Source: Candidatus Pacearchaeota archaeon
GTDB taxonomy: Archaea > Nanobdellota > Nanobdellia > Pacearchaeales > GW2011-AR1
NCBI GenBank assembly: GCA_040879805.1
Contig: JBBDJP010000001.1
Location: 614-64,613 of the forward strand
Reading direction: 5' to 3'
DNA length: 64,000 nt
Every line of letters begins with the position of its first letter. Position 1 is the stretch's first letter. Shown piece after piece: positions 54,171 through 63,911 of this stretch. The notes below the pieces were generated by a model, which searched no databases, was not told the origin of the DNA, and worked only from the letters and a program-made list of their open reading frames with translations. A program made the translations under genes and the position numbers.

Positions 54171-54947
54171 TTATATTCTTTGATAATTACTAGAGAGTTG
54201 CTTAGACTTATAATTCTTTGAAGATCTTTCCTTAAATTTAAAGAAATCTTTTCTATTAAAAAACTTCAAGTTATCTTTATCTACATTCTCGAGTTTCAAA
54301 AAATCTTCTCGTGCCCTGAATATTCCCCCATCATTTGAAACTAAAATAACTTTATTCTTTGCTTCAGCAAGAGATGCTCCTGTTAAAAGGAAATCAGAAT
54401 CAGCTTTTGAAAGATCATGAAAATTAAAAAGATTTTCATACTTATCTAAAAAATAATGGTAGTATATTCCTTCGGCCTTATCTTTTATTTTTAATACTTT
54501 ATCATTCTTTCTTAATGTTATTATCAAATCTTTTTTTTCTTTTTCTCTATCTTTTATCGCCCTCTTCAATCTAATAATTTCTCTATCAAAATAACCCTTT
54601 AACCTTGTAAAATCTTTGTAAAAATCCCTGTTCATACACTCAAACTCTTCTAAAACTAAATCTGTAACATTAAAATTTTTACCTTCCTTTATATGTTTAT
54701 TCAACTCCTCTAAAAAAATCTTGTTTTTAAGGAAAGTGTATCTTTTGTCCTTAACCCTACCTTCATTTAGGTTATAAATATCCACTCCAATTGGGCTCAT
54801 TAAAGTACAAGTATCTAGAATAACAAAATGATCTTCAGAGCAAAGAGCGAGGTCTTCTAAATTTAACAACTTTTTATCTGACATTAAATAACAAACAAAA
54901 ATATCTTTTAAAATTTTTATTTGTTGGATAATATAAGTCATATCCAC
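54171..54947 (-). CDS. PIN-domain-like nuclease with a helical insertion (tentative)
   Basis: Ordered acidic motifs 'FVILDTCTL', 'LVLEEFE', 'ADSDFLLTGASLA' and 'LVSNDGGIF'. An alternative start 'MSDKK' is at 54884. Confidence 0.45.
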   Translation of the reverse strand: MDMTYIIQQIKILKDIFVCYLMSDKKLLNLEDLALCSEDHFVILDTCTLMSPIGVDIYNLNEGRVKDKRYTFLKNKIFLEELNKHIKEGKNFNVTDLVLEEFECMNRDFYKDFTRLKGYFDREIIRLKRAIKDREKEKKDLIITLRKNDKVLKIKDKAEGIYYHYFLDKYENLFNFHDLSKADSDFLLTGASLAEAKNKVILVSNDGGIFRAREDFLKLENVDKDNLKFFNRKDFFKFKERSSKNYKSKQLSSNYQRI

Positions 54948-55672
54948 CTTTTCCTAAAAATTCCCTCATCCCTTATCTCAAAACTCATCTCTTTTATAGG
55001 TAAACTTCGATGTTTTAACAAAATTGCTTTTCTTTTTCCTCTCTCGTTTTTCAATTCAATTATAGTCTTACTCCAATATTTAAACAAATCCCCTCCAACT
55101 ATGTTTGACTCTGGTTTAACTCCTTTTTTCCATTCTTCTTCCGATAAAAAATCATTATAAACTTGGTTGGTTATCAATATTGGAAGATTCTGTTTTCTTG
55201 AAATTTCCGAAAGAATCCTCATTTGCTTTGCAACCTCACGATTTATTTCCCTGACTTTTTCTCCATCTTTTAATTTATGTGCTTCTCCAAGTTCAAGCCT
55301 ATAAAGCATTGCCATGCCATCAACGACAATCATTCCAACATCCTCTTTTTTTACTTTGTCAAGAAGATTAACAAAAACTTTTTTTTGTTCTTCAAAGTTA
55401 GTCGGATTTAATAAAAGAATATTCTCTAGTATTTTTTCATATTCTCCTCCTGCTATTTGTTTCACTCTCTCAGGAGAAAATCCTCCTTCAGTATCAATAA
55501 AAATTACTTTTTGATTTTTTTTTGCTCTACTACAAGCGGCCAATATAACAAAATTTGTCTTTCCACTCGCAGGAGGTCCTGCAAGCATAGAAATTACTCC
55601 TTTTTCATACCCTCCATAAAGCCATTTATTCAAATCAAAACTTCCTGTCGAGATTTTTGAATCGCTTGTCAT
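54938..55672 (-). CDS. radB: RadB-type RecA-superfamily recombinase paralogue
   Basis: 'LYGGYEKGVISMLAGPPASGKTNF' (Walker A), 'VIFIDTEGGFSPERVKQI' and 'MIVVDGMAMLYR' (Walker B). The start is taken at 'MTSDSK'; the ORF is open to 55705. Confidence 0.8.
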   Translation of the reverse strand: MTSDSKISTGSFDLNKWLYGGYEKGVISMLAGPPASGKTNFVILAACSRAKKNQKVIFIDTEGGFSPERVKQIAGGEYEKILENILLLNPTNFEEQKKVFVNLLDKVKKEDVGMIVVDGMAMLYRLELGEAHKLKDGEKVREINREVAKQMRILSEISRKQNLPILITNQVYNDFLSEEEWKKGVKPESNIVGGDLFKYWSKTIIELKNERGKRKAILLKHRSLPIKEMSFEIRDEGIFRKRWI

Positions 55673-55673
55673 T

Positions 55674-56069
55674 TTACAAATAATCTTTTTTAACCAAAGA
55701 TTCAATAACTTTTAAATTAACATTTGATATTTTATAATTTACAGCCTCTTCTTTTCCTAACCATGCAATCTCAGATATTTCTTCAGAAGGCTCTCCAACC
55801 TCATCCTTTAATCTACAAATGTATGTCTTTGCTATAAACTCTTTTTTGGAATTTGGATCCCTATCCATAAAAATTCCATAAAAACTTTCAACAACAATTT
55901 CAGTATTAGAAAGTTCTTCCTTAAACTCTCTCTTGAGAGTATTTTCTTCAGAAAAATCTTCCTTATCAGGTTTTCCTCCTGGAAGAATAAAATGCGTCTT
56001 ATTTTTAACTAATAAAATTTTCTTATCCTTTATAATGATCCCATAAATTCCAATTTTTTTATTTTTCAT
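55674..56069 (-). CDS. NUDIX hydrolase
   Basis: Nudix box 'PGGKPDKEDFSEENTLKREFKEELS'. Confidence 0.75.
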   Translation of the reverse strand: MKNKKIGIYGIIIKDKKILLVKNKTHFILPGGKPDKEDFSEENTLKREFKEELSNTEIVVESFYGIFMDRDPNSKKEFIAKTYICRLKDEVGEPSEEISEIAWLGKEEAVNYKISNVNLKVIESLVKKDYL

Positions 56070-56120
56070 TTATAATTCTAGAAACTACAATTAATAAGGA
56101 TTGTTGTATGAAAGACAATA

Positions 56121-56384
56121 CTACTTTAATTTAGAAAAATTTTTTTCAACACTTTCAAGTTCTTTAACTGCTAAGGAAATTGCATTCTCAATGACTTTTT
56201 TAACGTCTTTACTTTTAGTTTCTACTTTAACGATTGGATTCTCAGAAGGGTGTTCCCTTTTCCATGCTGCAAATTCAACCGAAGAATCTTTATTTAAAAA
56301 AACCCTCAAAAGTTCAGCAAGAGTTACATTCTCTACACGAAACTCAATCTCATTTTTCGATTTATTTAAAATTTCTATTTCCAT
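56121..56384 (-). CDS. rpoL: DNA-directed RNA polymerase subunit L (Rpo11)
   Basis: 'IEFRVENVTLAELLRVFLNKDSSVEFAAWKREHPSENPIVKVET' matches the RpoL/Rpb11 dimerisation fold pattern. Confidence 0.8.
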   Translation of the reverse strand: MEIEILNKSKNEIEFRVENVTLAELLRVFLNKDSSVEFAAWKREHPSENPIVKVETKSKDVKKVIENAISLAVKELESVEKNFSKLK

Positions 56385-56430
56385 ATTGAGAATTCGCCAT
56401 CTTTATTTATAAAACTTTCCGAAAATATCT

Positions 56431-57150
56431 TTAGGATCTTTTAACATCTTCTTCGAAGTTTTCTGATTCATCAGAATTTTCCTGCGGAATTTTCCTCATT
56501 TCTTTAAGTCTCCTCAAATCATCAATGGTCAAATTTTTCATAGAAACAGGGTCAAATTTTATGATTTTTGCGGGCTGTCCATCATCACTCTGTTTCCAGG
56601 ATCTCTTAAGATCTCCTTTGGAAAGTTTAATTCCAAGAAAACTCTCAAGTTTATTCACAAGAACATAATCATCATCAGGGAGAATTCCTTTTTCAGCCAT
56701 TTTTATTGCAGAAACAGATTCTGAAATTTCTTTTGCAAGTTGTTCACGAGTAAGTTTCTTTGATTGTCTTGCCCTCATAATTGTCCAATGAAAGTTATAA
56801 ACAAGTTCAGGCCTAGGCTTTTTATCTTGAGAAACTTTCTGTTCATAATTCCTATTCGCAATTTCATTTAAATTAACCTTGGAATCTTGTCCCTTATCCT
56901 GCCTAAAAATATTCTGGTTTTTAAGTAATCTTTTTTCTTGTTTATTTTCTTTAGGACGATTATAAATTCTTTGCTCTTTTTCAGACTCCTTAAGCTGAAA
57001 TGTTGTTGGTCTTCTTATAACTGGAATTCCTTCATTCTGAGCACACAAGTCACAAACCTTTACAATCCCCTTACCTTCTAATGAAACGGCTTCTAGAAGC
57101 CTCTCCTTCTCTCCAGAAACTCCACAAACAGAACATTCATCTAAAACCAT
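56431..57150 (-). CDS. aMBF1-like protein with an N-terminal zinc ribbon and a Xre-type HTH
   Basis: 'CSVCGVSGE...VCDLCAQ' is followed by HTH 'LTREQLAKEISESVSAIKMAEKG'. It is longer than typical aMBF1. Confidence 0.6.
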   Translation of the reverse strand: MVLDECSVCGVSGEKERLLEAVSLEGKGIVKVCDLCAQNEGIPVIRRPTTFQLKESEKEQRIYNRPKENKQEKRLLKNQNIFRQDKGQDSKVNLNEIANRNYEQKVSQDKKPRPELVYNFHWTIMRARQSKKLTREQLAKEISESVSAIKMAEKGILPDDDYVLVNKLESFLGIKLSKGDLKRSWKQSDDGQPAKIIKFDPVSMKNLTIDDLRRLKEMRKIPQENSDESENFEEDVKRS

Positions 57151-57200
57151 AATAAAAAAACAAAAACAGAGTTTTTTAAGATTTGTGTGGGAAAGTAGTA

Positions 57201-57872
57201 TTATTTAAGATATCCTTTAAGTTCATTAATGGACACCAATTCATCAACAACATGTTCATTATCTATAATAACTACCGGATACTCTGAAATCTCATATTCT
57301 GAAATTAAAGTATTAAGTGAAATTAAATCTTCATTAACACCTATTGGAATTAAGATAATTTTTTCACCTTCATCCTGCTTAAGTTCAAAAAGAATCCTTT
57401 CCCAAACCTTATTTTCGGATTTGACTCTTGTATCTTCTTTATCTCTATCAAACAAGTAAACAATAACTGAAGTTTTTTCCATACACTCATCAGAAATCTC
57501 CATTGTATTCACCCAAAGCAAAGTCCTCAGAAGATCATACCTCTTAAGAACCATTTTTACATTTTCGGTTAATTTCTCAGATTCTCCATACTCTTCAAAT
57601 AAAATAGCTTCAGAATAAATCCTGTCTGCAAAATTTAAATTTGCATCTATTAAAGTTTCACAATCCAATTCGGCACTTTCTGAAATTGAGATGATCTTTC
57701 CAAGAGCAAAAGAGTCCATAAGAGACATTTCTGAAACAATAAATCTTTCATTTGCTTCTGCTGCTCTTTTTCCTTCAATAGAAATTCCTAAAAAAAGTCC
57801 TATAATAAAAATAGCAATAGTTACAATAAGTGCCTGCCAAAAAGCATGTTTAGAATTTATTTTACTAACCAT
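57201..57872 (-). CDS. N-terminally membrane-anchored protein (hypothetical)
   Basis: TM 'ALIVTIAIFIIGLFLGISI' followed by a soluble domain of unknown family. Confidence 0.5.
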   Translation of the reverse strand: MVSKINSKHAFWQALIVTIAIFIIGLFLGISIEGKRAAEANERFIVSEMSLMDSFALGKIISISESAELDCETLIDANLNFADRIYSEAILFEEYGESEKLTENVKMVLKRYDLLRTLLWVNTMEISDECMEKTSVIVYLFDRDKEDTRVKSENKVWERILFELKQDEGEKIILIPIGVNEDLISLNTLISEYEISEYPVVIIDNEHVVDELVSINELKGYLK

Positions 57873-57909
57873 ATTAAATCCATATTATTTTGTTTTATAT
57901 TGTTTTCTG

Positions 57910-59148
57910 TCACCATGAATAATTTCTTCTTGCCATTTTTACAAAAGAATGAATTAAATTCAATGGAAATACTGTCAAATAAATTGTTAAAAAAGCTGTC
58001 ATTGAATAAAAATCAATATACTCTGCTCTAAGTTCCTTCATTGTTGATATCCCAAATATAATATATAGTGTTCCTAATATAAATAAAGAAAATCCAAAAA
58101 AGTTCACAATTGAAGGATTAATAGAAATACCCTGAAAAACCAATATTGGAACCTCTGCACCTGAAAGAGATGTTGTTGTAAAATAAGTTGACAAAAATCT
58201 TTGGGCAGTTAAATAAGTTAAAATTCCGACTCCAAAAATTCCAACGAATGCGGAAAAACTAAAAAAAGGTATAACAAATAAGCCAAGCATACTTTTTCTG
58301 AATGTCCATCCCCTATATTTCCACAATGTTTGCATTCCACCAATATTCCATCTTATTCTTTGTTTCCACCATGATTTTTTATTTTTTGGAGAATCTACAT
58401 AAGTTCTTGCATCAAGAGACATTCTTGCTTTATATCCATATGACATTAACTTCCAAACAATCTCAATATCCTGGGTCATATTTTCTTCATCAAAAAGTCC
58501 AACTTCCATCAAAGCTTTCTTTTCATAAAGAGCAAAAGGCCCTGGAGTAACATAAACAGCATCAACAAAATCTAGTAATTTTCTTGCAAAAGCAATAACA
58601 ACATATTCTATTGCCTGAAGTTTTTCAATAAATTTTTTTGGATTTCTAACTAAAACAGAACTTGTAACTCCTTTGATATCTTTATCTTCTTGAATAAAAC
58701 CAATCATCTTTTTTAAGGCATCTCTATCAGGATCAGAATCATCATCACAAACAACAATATAGTCATATTTTGCAATCTTTATTCCTTGATTTAAAGGTCC
58801 TGCTGCCCTCCCGAAATTTTTCTCTCTTAAAATGTACCTTATGTTATCATACTTTTTTGCATATTTTTTGATGATTTCTTGAGATCCATCAGTTGAACAA
58901 TCATCAACAATTATTATTTCAATCATGTCTTTAGGCCAATCTAAATTTTGAAGTCTTTTAACGAGGTTCCCGATGTTAGATGCTGCATTATAACAAGAAA
59001 CAACTATGCTCACCGGACAAGGCTTTCCTTTAGGATGATAAAACATCTCTTTCCTATTTGGAAAATATACTAAAATCATCAAAGAAATCATATAAAGTCC
59101 TATAAAAGTATAGAATAAAAAGACATAATCAATAAAACTAAGCACCAT
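57910..59148 (-). CDS. Processive family-2 glycosyltransferase (NodC/PgaC/chitin- or cellulose-synthase-like)
   Basis: 'VSIVVSCYNAASNI', 'IIVDDCSTDGS', 'VVCDDDSDPD' (DxD), 'TQDIEI' and 'QRIRWNIGG' (QxxRW), flanked by TM helices. The ORF is open to 59220 and overlaps the scpB 3' end. Confidence 0.8.
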   Translation of the reverse strand: MVLSFIDYVFLFYTFIGLYMISLMILVYFPNRKEMFYHPKGKPCPVSIVVSCYNAASNIGNLVKRLQNLDWPKDMIEIIIVDDCSTDGSQEIIKKYAKKYDNIRYILREKNFGRAAGPLNQGIKIAKYDYIVVCDDDSDPDRDALKKMIGFIQEDKDIKGVTSSVLVRNPKKFIEKLQAIEYVVIAFARKLLDFVDAVYVTPGPFALYEKKALMEVGLFDEENMTQDIEIVWKLMSYGYKARMSLDARTYVDSPKNKKSWWKQRIRWNIGGMQTLWKYRGWTFRKSMLGLFVIPFFSFSAFVGIFGVGILTYLTAQRFLSTYFTTTSLSGAEVPILVFQGISINPSIVNFFGFSLFILGTLYIIFGISTMKELRAEYIDFYSMTAFLTIYLTVFPLNLIHSFVKMARRNYSW

Positions 59149-59731
59149 CTTCTTCCTCCGAATTTTTCCTGTCCTTAATATTTCCTTCTGAAACATTAAA
59201 ATAATCGTAAAATTCATCACTCAAATTTAGCTCGTAAGTATGTCCTGACTTTTTCTTTCTGACAAGGCCAAGTTCTACGAATTTTTTAATGTCATCATAG
59301 GATTTATTTCCCCTAATTTTTACAAGAACACTCTGTTTAATTGGTTGCTTGAATGCTATTATTGCAAGAGTTTCTTGTTCTGCTTTAGTGAATTCACTAC
59401 TTCCTGTAGCAAGCCGATTAACAAGATATGTATACTCTGGCTTAACATCCATCTTCCACATTTCTCTTCCCTGATCTTTCCCTTTAGCCACAATTCTGAA
59501 AGCAGAATCATCTTTCTCATGCTTTTTGCTAAGATTATCAATCACCTCTCTGATCATTATTGGATTCAGATCAGAATAAGTTACTAAATCACTCATATCT
59601 AGAAATCTTCCTGAAACAAAAAGAATCGCTTCAATAAGTCTTATTGCCTCATTCTCCTTTTCTTCATCTATATCTTCTACTGTTTTTGAAGATATTCCAG
59701 GTCTTTGCTCATCAACACTCTCTTTTGACAT
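59138..59731 (-). CDS. scpB: Segregation and condensation protein B-like (ScpB)
   Basis: 'LIEAILFVSGRFLDMSDL' and 'TKAEQETLAIIAFKQPIKQSVLVKIRG' follow the tandem winged-helix ScpB pattern. Confidence 0.7.
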   Translation of the reverse strand: MSKESVDEQRPGISSKTVEDIDEEKENEAIRLIEAILFVSGRFLDMSDLVTYSDLNPIMIREVIDNLSKKHEKDDSAFRIVAKGKDQGREMWKMDVKPEYTYLVNRLATGSSEFTKAEQETLAIIAFKQPIKQSVLVKIRGNKSYDDIKKFVELGLVRKKKSGHTYELNLSDEFYDYFNVSEGNIKDRKNSEEEDGA

Positions 59732-59782
59732 ATTTGATATATATTTCTCAGCGTTTTAAAGTTTTTGAGAAATATCTGTAAA

Positions 59783-60871
59783 TTATATTCTAAACCGCAA
59801 AACAGCTCCTATCCCTCCCATGTTCCAAAACTGCTCGCCTTCCGAAATTTCAGTAGAAATAATTTTCACTTTAGATCCAATATTCTCTGCTTCTTTAGTT
59901 AATTCTTTAATCAAAGACTTATCCAAATTGCTTGATAAATAAAGTGTTTCGATTGCACCCATTTTTATTGCCTTTCTCACTGCTTGTTCTCCAAGTGAAG
60001 TTTTCTCTGGGCTTTCTCCAAGACTTTGTAAGAATTTTTCAATATCTTTCTTTTCAAGAGTTCTTTCATGATTAACCAATAAATCTTGTGATTTTTCTAC
60101 AAGTTCCTGTAAACCAGATTCGGAAGTATCTCCTATATCAATTCTCCCGATAACTTTTTCTCTCAATTGTGTTGTAAGATAATCTCCATCAAGAAATTCA
60201 TCTTTAGTGGGAACTGGGCCTCCAACTATTATTCCTTTTAGTTTAGGCATTTTGAAAAAAATCTTCTTAGTTTCTTCAGCAATTCTTTTATAAAAATCTC
60301 TAGTCAAACCCTCAGTAATTCTATGGAATCTTTGAGAACTCTGACCCCCTGCACGAACTTTACTGGGAATTCCAGAAGTCATGTTTTGATATGCTTCAAT
60401 TCTTTTTCCTTCAAGCAATCCTATTGTTGCCTCTTTCCTATCCATCACTAATAATCCAAAAACCTCCGAAGGCTCAAGCATTTCTTCTAAAGGTTCAAGA
60501 ACAAATTCCTTGTCACATCTATAAAGTCTGCTATTCAAAGGTATGGGGGGAATAATTGTCCAAATCTGTAAATCTTGTTGACCTTCACTTTCAGAAACAT
60601 TGCCTGAAAACAATGCAAGTCCATTCTCGGGAGTTTTCTTCATACTCTTAAGTTCACGCACAAGTTTATCTAATGCATCAATAACATTTTTCCTTGTAGA
60701 AGTAGATTTTATGTTCTTAGCCGTTGACTTTTCTGCTTCAAGCTGTTTTTGCACAGAATTTATATCATATCCTGCAGGAATATAAACCGTAATCAGCTCT
60801 GTTTGTCTTCCTTTATAATCCTTTAATTCTTCAAGAACTTCATCTAATTCATGTTTTAATAAACTCTTCAT
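59783..60871 (-). CDS. prf1: Peptide chain release factor aRF1
   Basis: 'NIKS' stop-codon recognition motif (aa 53-56) and 'GGQ' (aa 175-177) in 'RAGGQSSQRFHR'. Confidence 0.9.
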   Translation of the reverse strand: MKSLLKHELDEVLEELKDYKGRQTELITVYIPAGYDINSVQKQLEAEKSTAKNIKSTSTRKNVIDALDKLVRELKSMKKTPENGLALFSGNVSESEGQQDLQIWTIIPPIPLNSRLYRCDKEFVLEPLEEMLEPSEVFGLLVMDRKEATIGLLEGKRIEAYQNMTSGIPSKVRAGGQSSQRFHRITEGLTRDFYKRIAEETKKIFFKMPKLKGIIVGGPVPTKDEFLDGDYLTTQLREKVIGRIDIGDTSESGLQELVEKSQDLLVNHERTLEKKDIEKFLQSLGESPEKTSLGEQAVRKAIKMGAIETLYLSSNLDKSLIKELTKEAENIGSKVKIISTEISEGEQFWNMGGIGAVLRFRI

Positions 60872-60872
60872 T

Positions 60873-63263
60873 TTAAACTAAATTATGTGTCGCTTTTAAA
60901 TCTCTCTCAAAAAATTTTAATTCTTTTGGAATTTTAATTCCTGAAATTTCATCTCTTAAACTAATTCCTTTATCATTTTTCTTCTTCCAAACTTCACGAT
61001 TAAATCCGCTTATCTTACCTACAATATCTTTTGAAATCCACTCCCCTTTAACTTTCGATCTTGGAAACCCTGAGTTCATTAAATCAATTCCTTTTTCTCT
61101 TGCAATAGTTTCTGTTATCTGCGGTATGATTGGATAAAGCAAACGTAACAATTTCTCAAGCATATAGTGGAGGGAATATTTTGCAGAATCACTTTCTTCC
61201 TTAGTAAATTTTTTATCTTTGTTGTAAGCCCTTGATTTTACAAGCTCAATATAGTGCGAGGCAAAAACATCCCAGATAAAATATCTTAAATTTAATGTTG
61301 ATTTGTGAAAATCATAATTTTCATACCTCTCTCCTGCAAACTCTGCCTGATGTTCAAGCCAGTTTATGAAAACTTTATCAGTCTCCATCAGTTTTGGCTT
61401 ATTCTTAGGTTTCTCAAAAAGCATAACAAATTTAGAAATATTCAACAATTTATTTAAAGTTTTTAATTCTCCTTTTATTCTTTCCTCAGAACACCTCAAA
61501 TCATTTTCAGCTAAATCTCCTTCTGTTGCAGCCCAAAATCTAATTGCCTCTCCCCCATAAAGATCCAATAATTTTTGAGGGTCAATAACATTTCCCTTAG
61601 ACTTTGACATCTTATGGCCTCTGTCATCAACTATATGTTGATTAATCCATACATCCTTAAATGCAGGCCTTCCTGTTTCCAAATATCCTCTAAGAAGAGT
61701 GTAATAAAGCCACGTTCGAACTATTTCCTTCCCTTGTGGTCTGAGACTGCAAGGATATGCTTTATCAAAAAATTTCTCGTCTTTTCCGTATTTCAGCAAA
61801 ACCAGCTCCGAAATAGAAGAATCCATCCACGTATCAAAAACTCTCTCTTCCCCCTTCCATTTAACTTTAAAATCCTTCACCAATCCAATCTTTTTTCCTT
61901 TTTCCCATACCTCAAAATCTTTTTTTGGTTTTTCTCTCCAAGGCTCATGATATTCTCCCGATTTTCCAAGTGCATAGATCTTTTTTCCTTCTTTTTCAGC
62001 AACCCATAATGGAATTGGAGTCGCATAAAATCTTCTCCTAGAAATCGGCCAGTCAATACTAATCGAATTAATCCAATCTTTGAGAAGTTTTTTTCCTGAT
62101 TTAGGATAAAAATTAATTTTGTTTGAGATTTTTTTGATTTCATTTTTGAATTCAAACTGCTTCAAATAATACTCCGGCATTTCAATAAACTCAATTTCGG
62201 CACCACTCCTTTCTGAGACTGGAGTCCTGTGAATTATCTTATCTTGCTTTACCAACAAATCTTTTTCCTTCAACAAATCTATAATTTTTTTCCTTGCTTC
62301 TCTAACTTTTAATCCTTCAAGAGGTCCTGCAACTTTATTCATAGTTCCATCTTTTTCAATCGCAATTTTTGGTTTCAAACTTTCTTCTCTGAAAAACTGA
62401 ATATCTGATAAATCTCCAGCAGAACACATCATAGCAATTCCTGTCCCTTTTTCAATATCTGCAAGAGGGTGTGCTTTTATTTGAACTTCCTTTCCAAAAA
62501 TGGGTGAAATCGCAGTCTTTCCCTCAAGGTGCTGATACCTTTCATCTTTCGGATTAAAAATAACCATGCCACAAGTACAAATCAATTCGGGCCTTGTTGT
62601 TCCAATAATAATTTCTTCACCAGTCTCTTTAACTTTCCACTTCACTTCATTGAAAAAAGTCTCTTTCTCTTTATAATCAATTTCAGAATCTGCAAGAGTT
62701 GTTCTTAATTTAGGGTCCCAATTGTTTATCCTAGCATCTTCATAAATAAGACCTTTCTTAAATAATTCAATAAATGTCGCCTGAGTTACACTTCTATATT
62801 CTGGAGAATCTGTTTTATATATTGCACCAATATGATTTCCTTCTTTATACGAAGTAAATGAAATTCCTAGTCTTGAAAAAGTGTCCATAGTTTCATCTGA
62901 TGAATTCTCCAAGAGCTTTCTACAAGCTTCTATAAACTTTTCCCGACCATCTTTAAAAGGAGAAATTTTGAATTTTTTTTCAGCAGCCATTTCAATCGGA
63001 AGACCATTCCTATCAAGACCAAGAGGAAATAAAACTTCAAATCCTTTCATCCTTTTATATCTAGCAAAAAAATCCATATAACAATAAGTTACTGCCTGAC
63101 CAATATGAATTGGAGCATTAACATATGGCGGAGGCGTATCTATCGAATAAATTTTCTCTTTTTTTGGATTGAACTTAAACTTTTCAGAATTTTTCCATTT
63201 TTCAGTTATCTCTTTTTCAATATTTGTGTTCCATGTCTTTATTTTTTTTAAATTATAAACCAT
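60873..63263 (-). CDS. valS: Valyl-tRNA synthetase (class Ia)
   Basis: 'IDTPPPYVNAPIHIGQA' (HIGH region), 'DWPISRRRFYATPIPLW', 'VFDTWMDSS' and 'KMSKSKGNVIDP'. The roughly 800 aa size fits archaeal ValRS better than LeuRS or IleRS. Confidence 0.75.
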   Translation of the reverse strand: MVYNLKKIKTWNTNIEKEITEKWKNSEKFKFNPKKEKIYSIDTPPPYVNAPIHIGQAVTYCYMDFFARYKRMKGFEVLFPLGLDRNGLPIEMAAEKKFKISPFKDGREKFIEACRKLLENSSDETMDTFSRLGISFTSYKEGNHIGAIYKTDSPEYRSVTQATFIELFKKGLIYEDARINNWDPKLRTTLADSEIDYKEKETFFNEVKWKVKETGEEIIIGTTRPELICTCGMVIFNPKDERYQHLEGKTAISPIFGKEVQIKAHPLADIEKGTGIAMMCSAGDLSDIQFFREESLKPKIAIEKDGTMNKVAGPLEGLKVREARKKIIDLLKEKDLLVKQDKIIHRTPVSERSGAEIEFIEMPEYYLKQFEFKNEIKKISNKINFYPKSGKKLLKDWINSISIDWPISRRRFYATPIPLWVAEKEGKKIYALGKSGEYHEPWREKPKKDFEVWEKGKKIGLVKDFKVKWKGEERVFDTWMDSSISELVLLKYGKDEKFFDKAYPCSLRPQGKEIVRTWLYYTLLRGYLETGRPAFKDVWINQHIVDDRGHKMSKSKGNVIDPQKLLDLYGGEAIRFWAATEGDLAENDLRCSEERIKGELKTLNKLLNISKFVMLFEKPKNKPKLMETDKVFINWLEHQAEFAGERYENYDFHKSTLNLRYFIWDVFASHYIELVKSRAYNKDKKFTKEESDSAKYSLHYMLEKLLRLLYPIIPQITETIAREKGIDLMNSGFPRSKVKGEWISKDIVGKISGFNREVWKKKNDKGISLRDEISGIKIPKELKFFERDLKATHNLV

Positions 63264-63314
63264 ACTACAAGATACTCAAGAAACTTTTAAAAACTATCCC
63301 TCTCTTTTCTAAAT

Positions 63315-63473
63315 ATGGCAAAAGATAACAGAATCCACATGCCTGCCGGTTTCGGTGGACTAATGAGGTTTGACGAAGAATATTCAAGCAAAATAATGCT
63401 TAAACCATCACATATTGTTGTATTTGTAATTCTTATAATTGCTTTCAGGATTTTATTGGAAGTTATTTACTAA
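63315..63473 (+). CDS. Preprotein translocase subunit Sec61-beta (archaeal SecG), 52 aa; absent from the ORF track
   Basis: Manual translation gives MAKDNRIHMPAGFGGLMRFDEEYSSKIMLKPSHIVVFVILIIAFRILLEVIY. This fits the 'aGL-R-y/f-DE...KI..kP.hV' motif plus a C-terminal TM anchor. Confidence 0.75.
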   Translation: MAKDNRIHMPAGFGGLMRFDEEYSSKIMLKPSHIVVFVILIIAFRILLEVIY

Positions 63474-63489
63474 AATATAATTAATTAAA

Positions 63490-63834
63490 ATGTTACCAGG
63501 ACTAGGCGGAGGATTGAATCCAAAGAAGATGCAGGCTATGATGAAACAGCTTGGCATGTCTCAAAAAGAAATTGATGCCTCACGTGTTGTTATAGAAAAA
63601 CCAGATAACTCAAAAATTATAATTGAAAATCCTTCAGTAATGAAAATAAGTATGCAAGGAAATGAAAACTTTCAGATTTCTGGAGAAATAAAAGAAGAGA
63701 AAGGAGAAAAATTCTCTGGGGAAGATATTAAAACTGTTTCCGAGAAAACAGAGAAAACAGAGGAAGAAGCAAAAAAAGCTCTTGAAAAATCGGGTGGAGA
63801 TTTAGCAGAGGCTATTTTAGATCTAAGTTCTTAA
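63490..63834 (+). CDS. nac: Nascent polypeptide-associated complex protein (archaeal NAC)
   Basis: 'NPKKMQAMMKQLGM', a NAC beta-barrel region, and the C-terminal UBA-like 'EEEAKKALEKSGGDLAEAILDL'. Confidence 0.85.
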   Translation: MLPGLGGGLNPKKMQAMMKQLGMSQKEIDASRVVIEKPDNSKIIIENPSVMKISMQGNENFQISGEIKEEKGEKFSGEDIKTVSEKTEKTEEEAKKALEKSGGDLAEAILDLSS

Positions 63835-63911
63835 TATTTTAAATTTCTCTTATTGAATTTAATTTTCCATAAAACCAACAACTATTTTAATTCTAAAAAT
63901 CTTATTATATA

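Noticed and set aside
56101-56412. A 103-aa plus-strand ORF.
   Set aside because: It is the mirror image of the rpoL gene, whose product matches the Rpo11/RpoL pattern.
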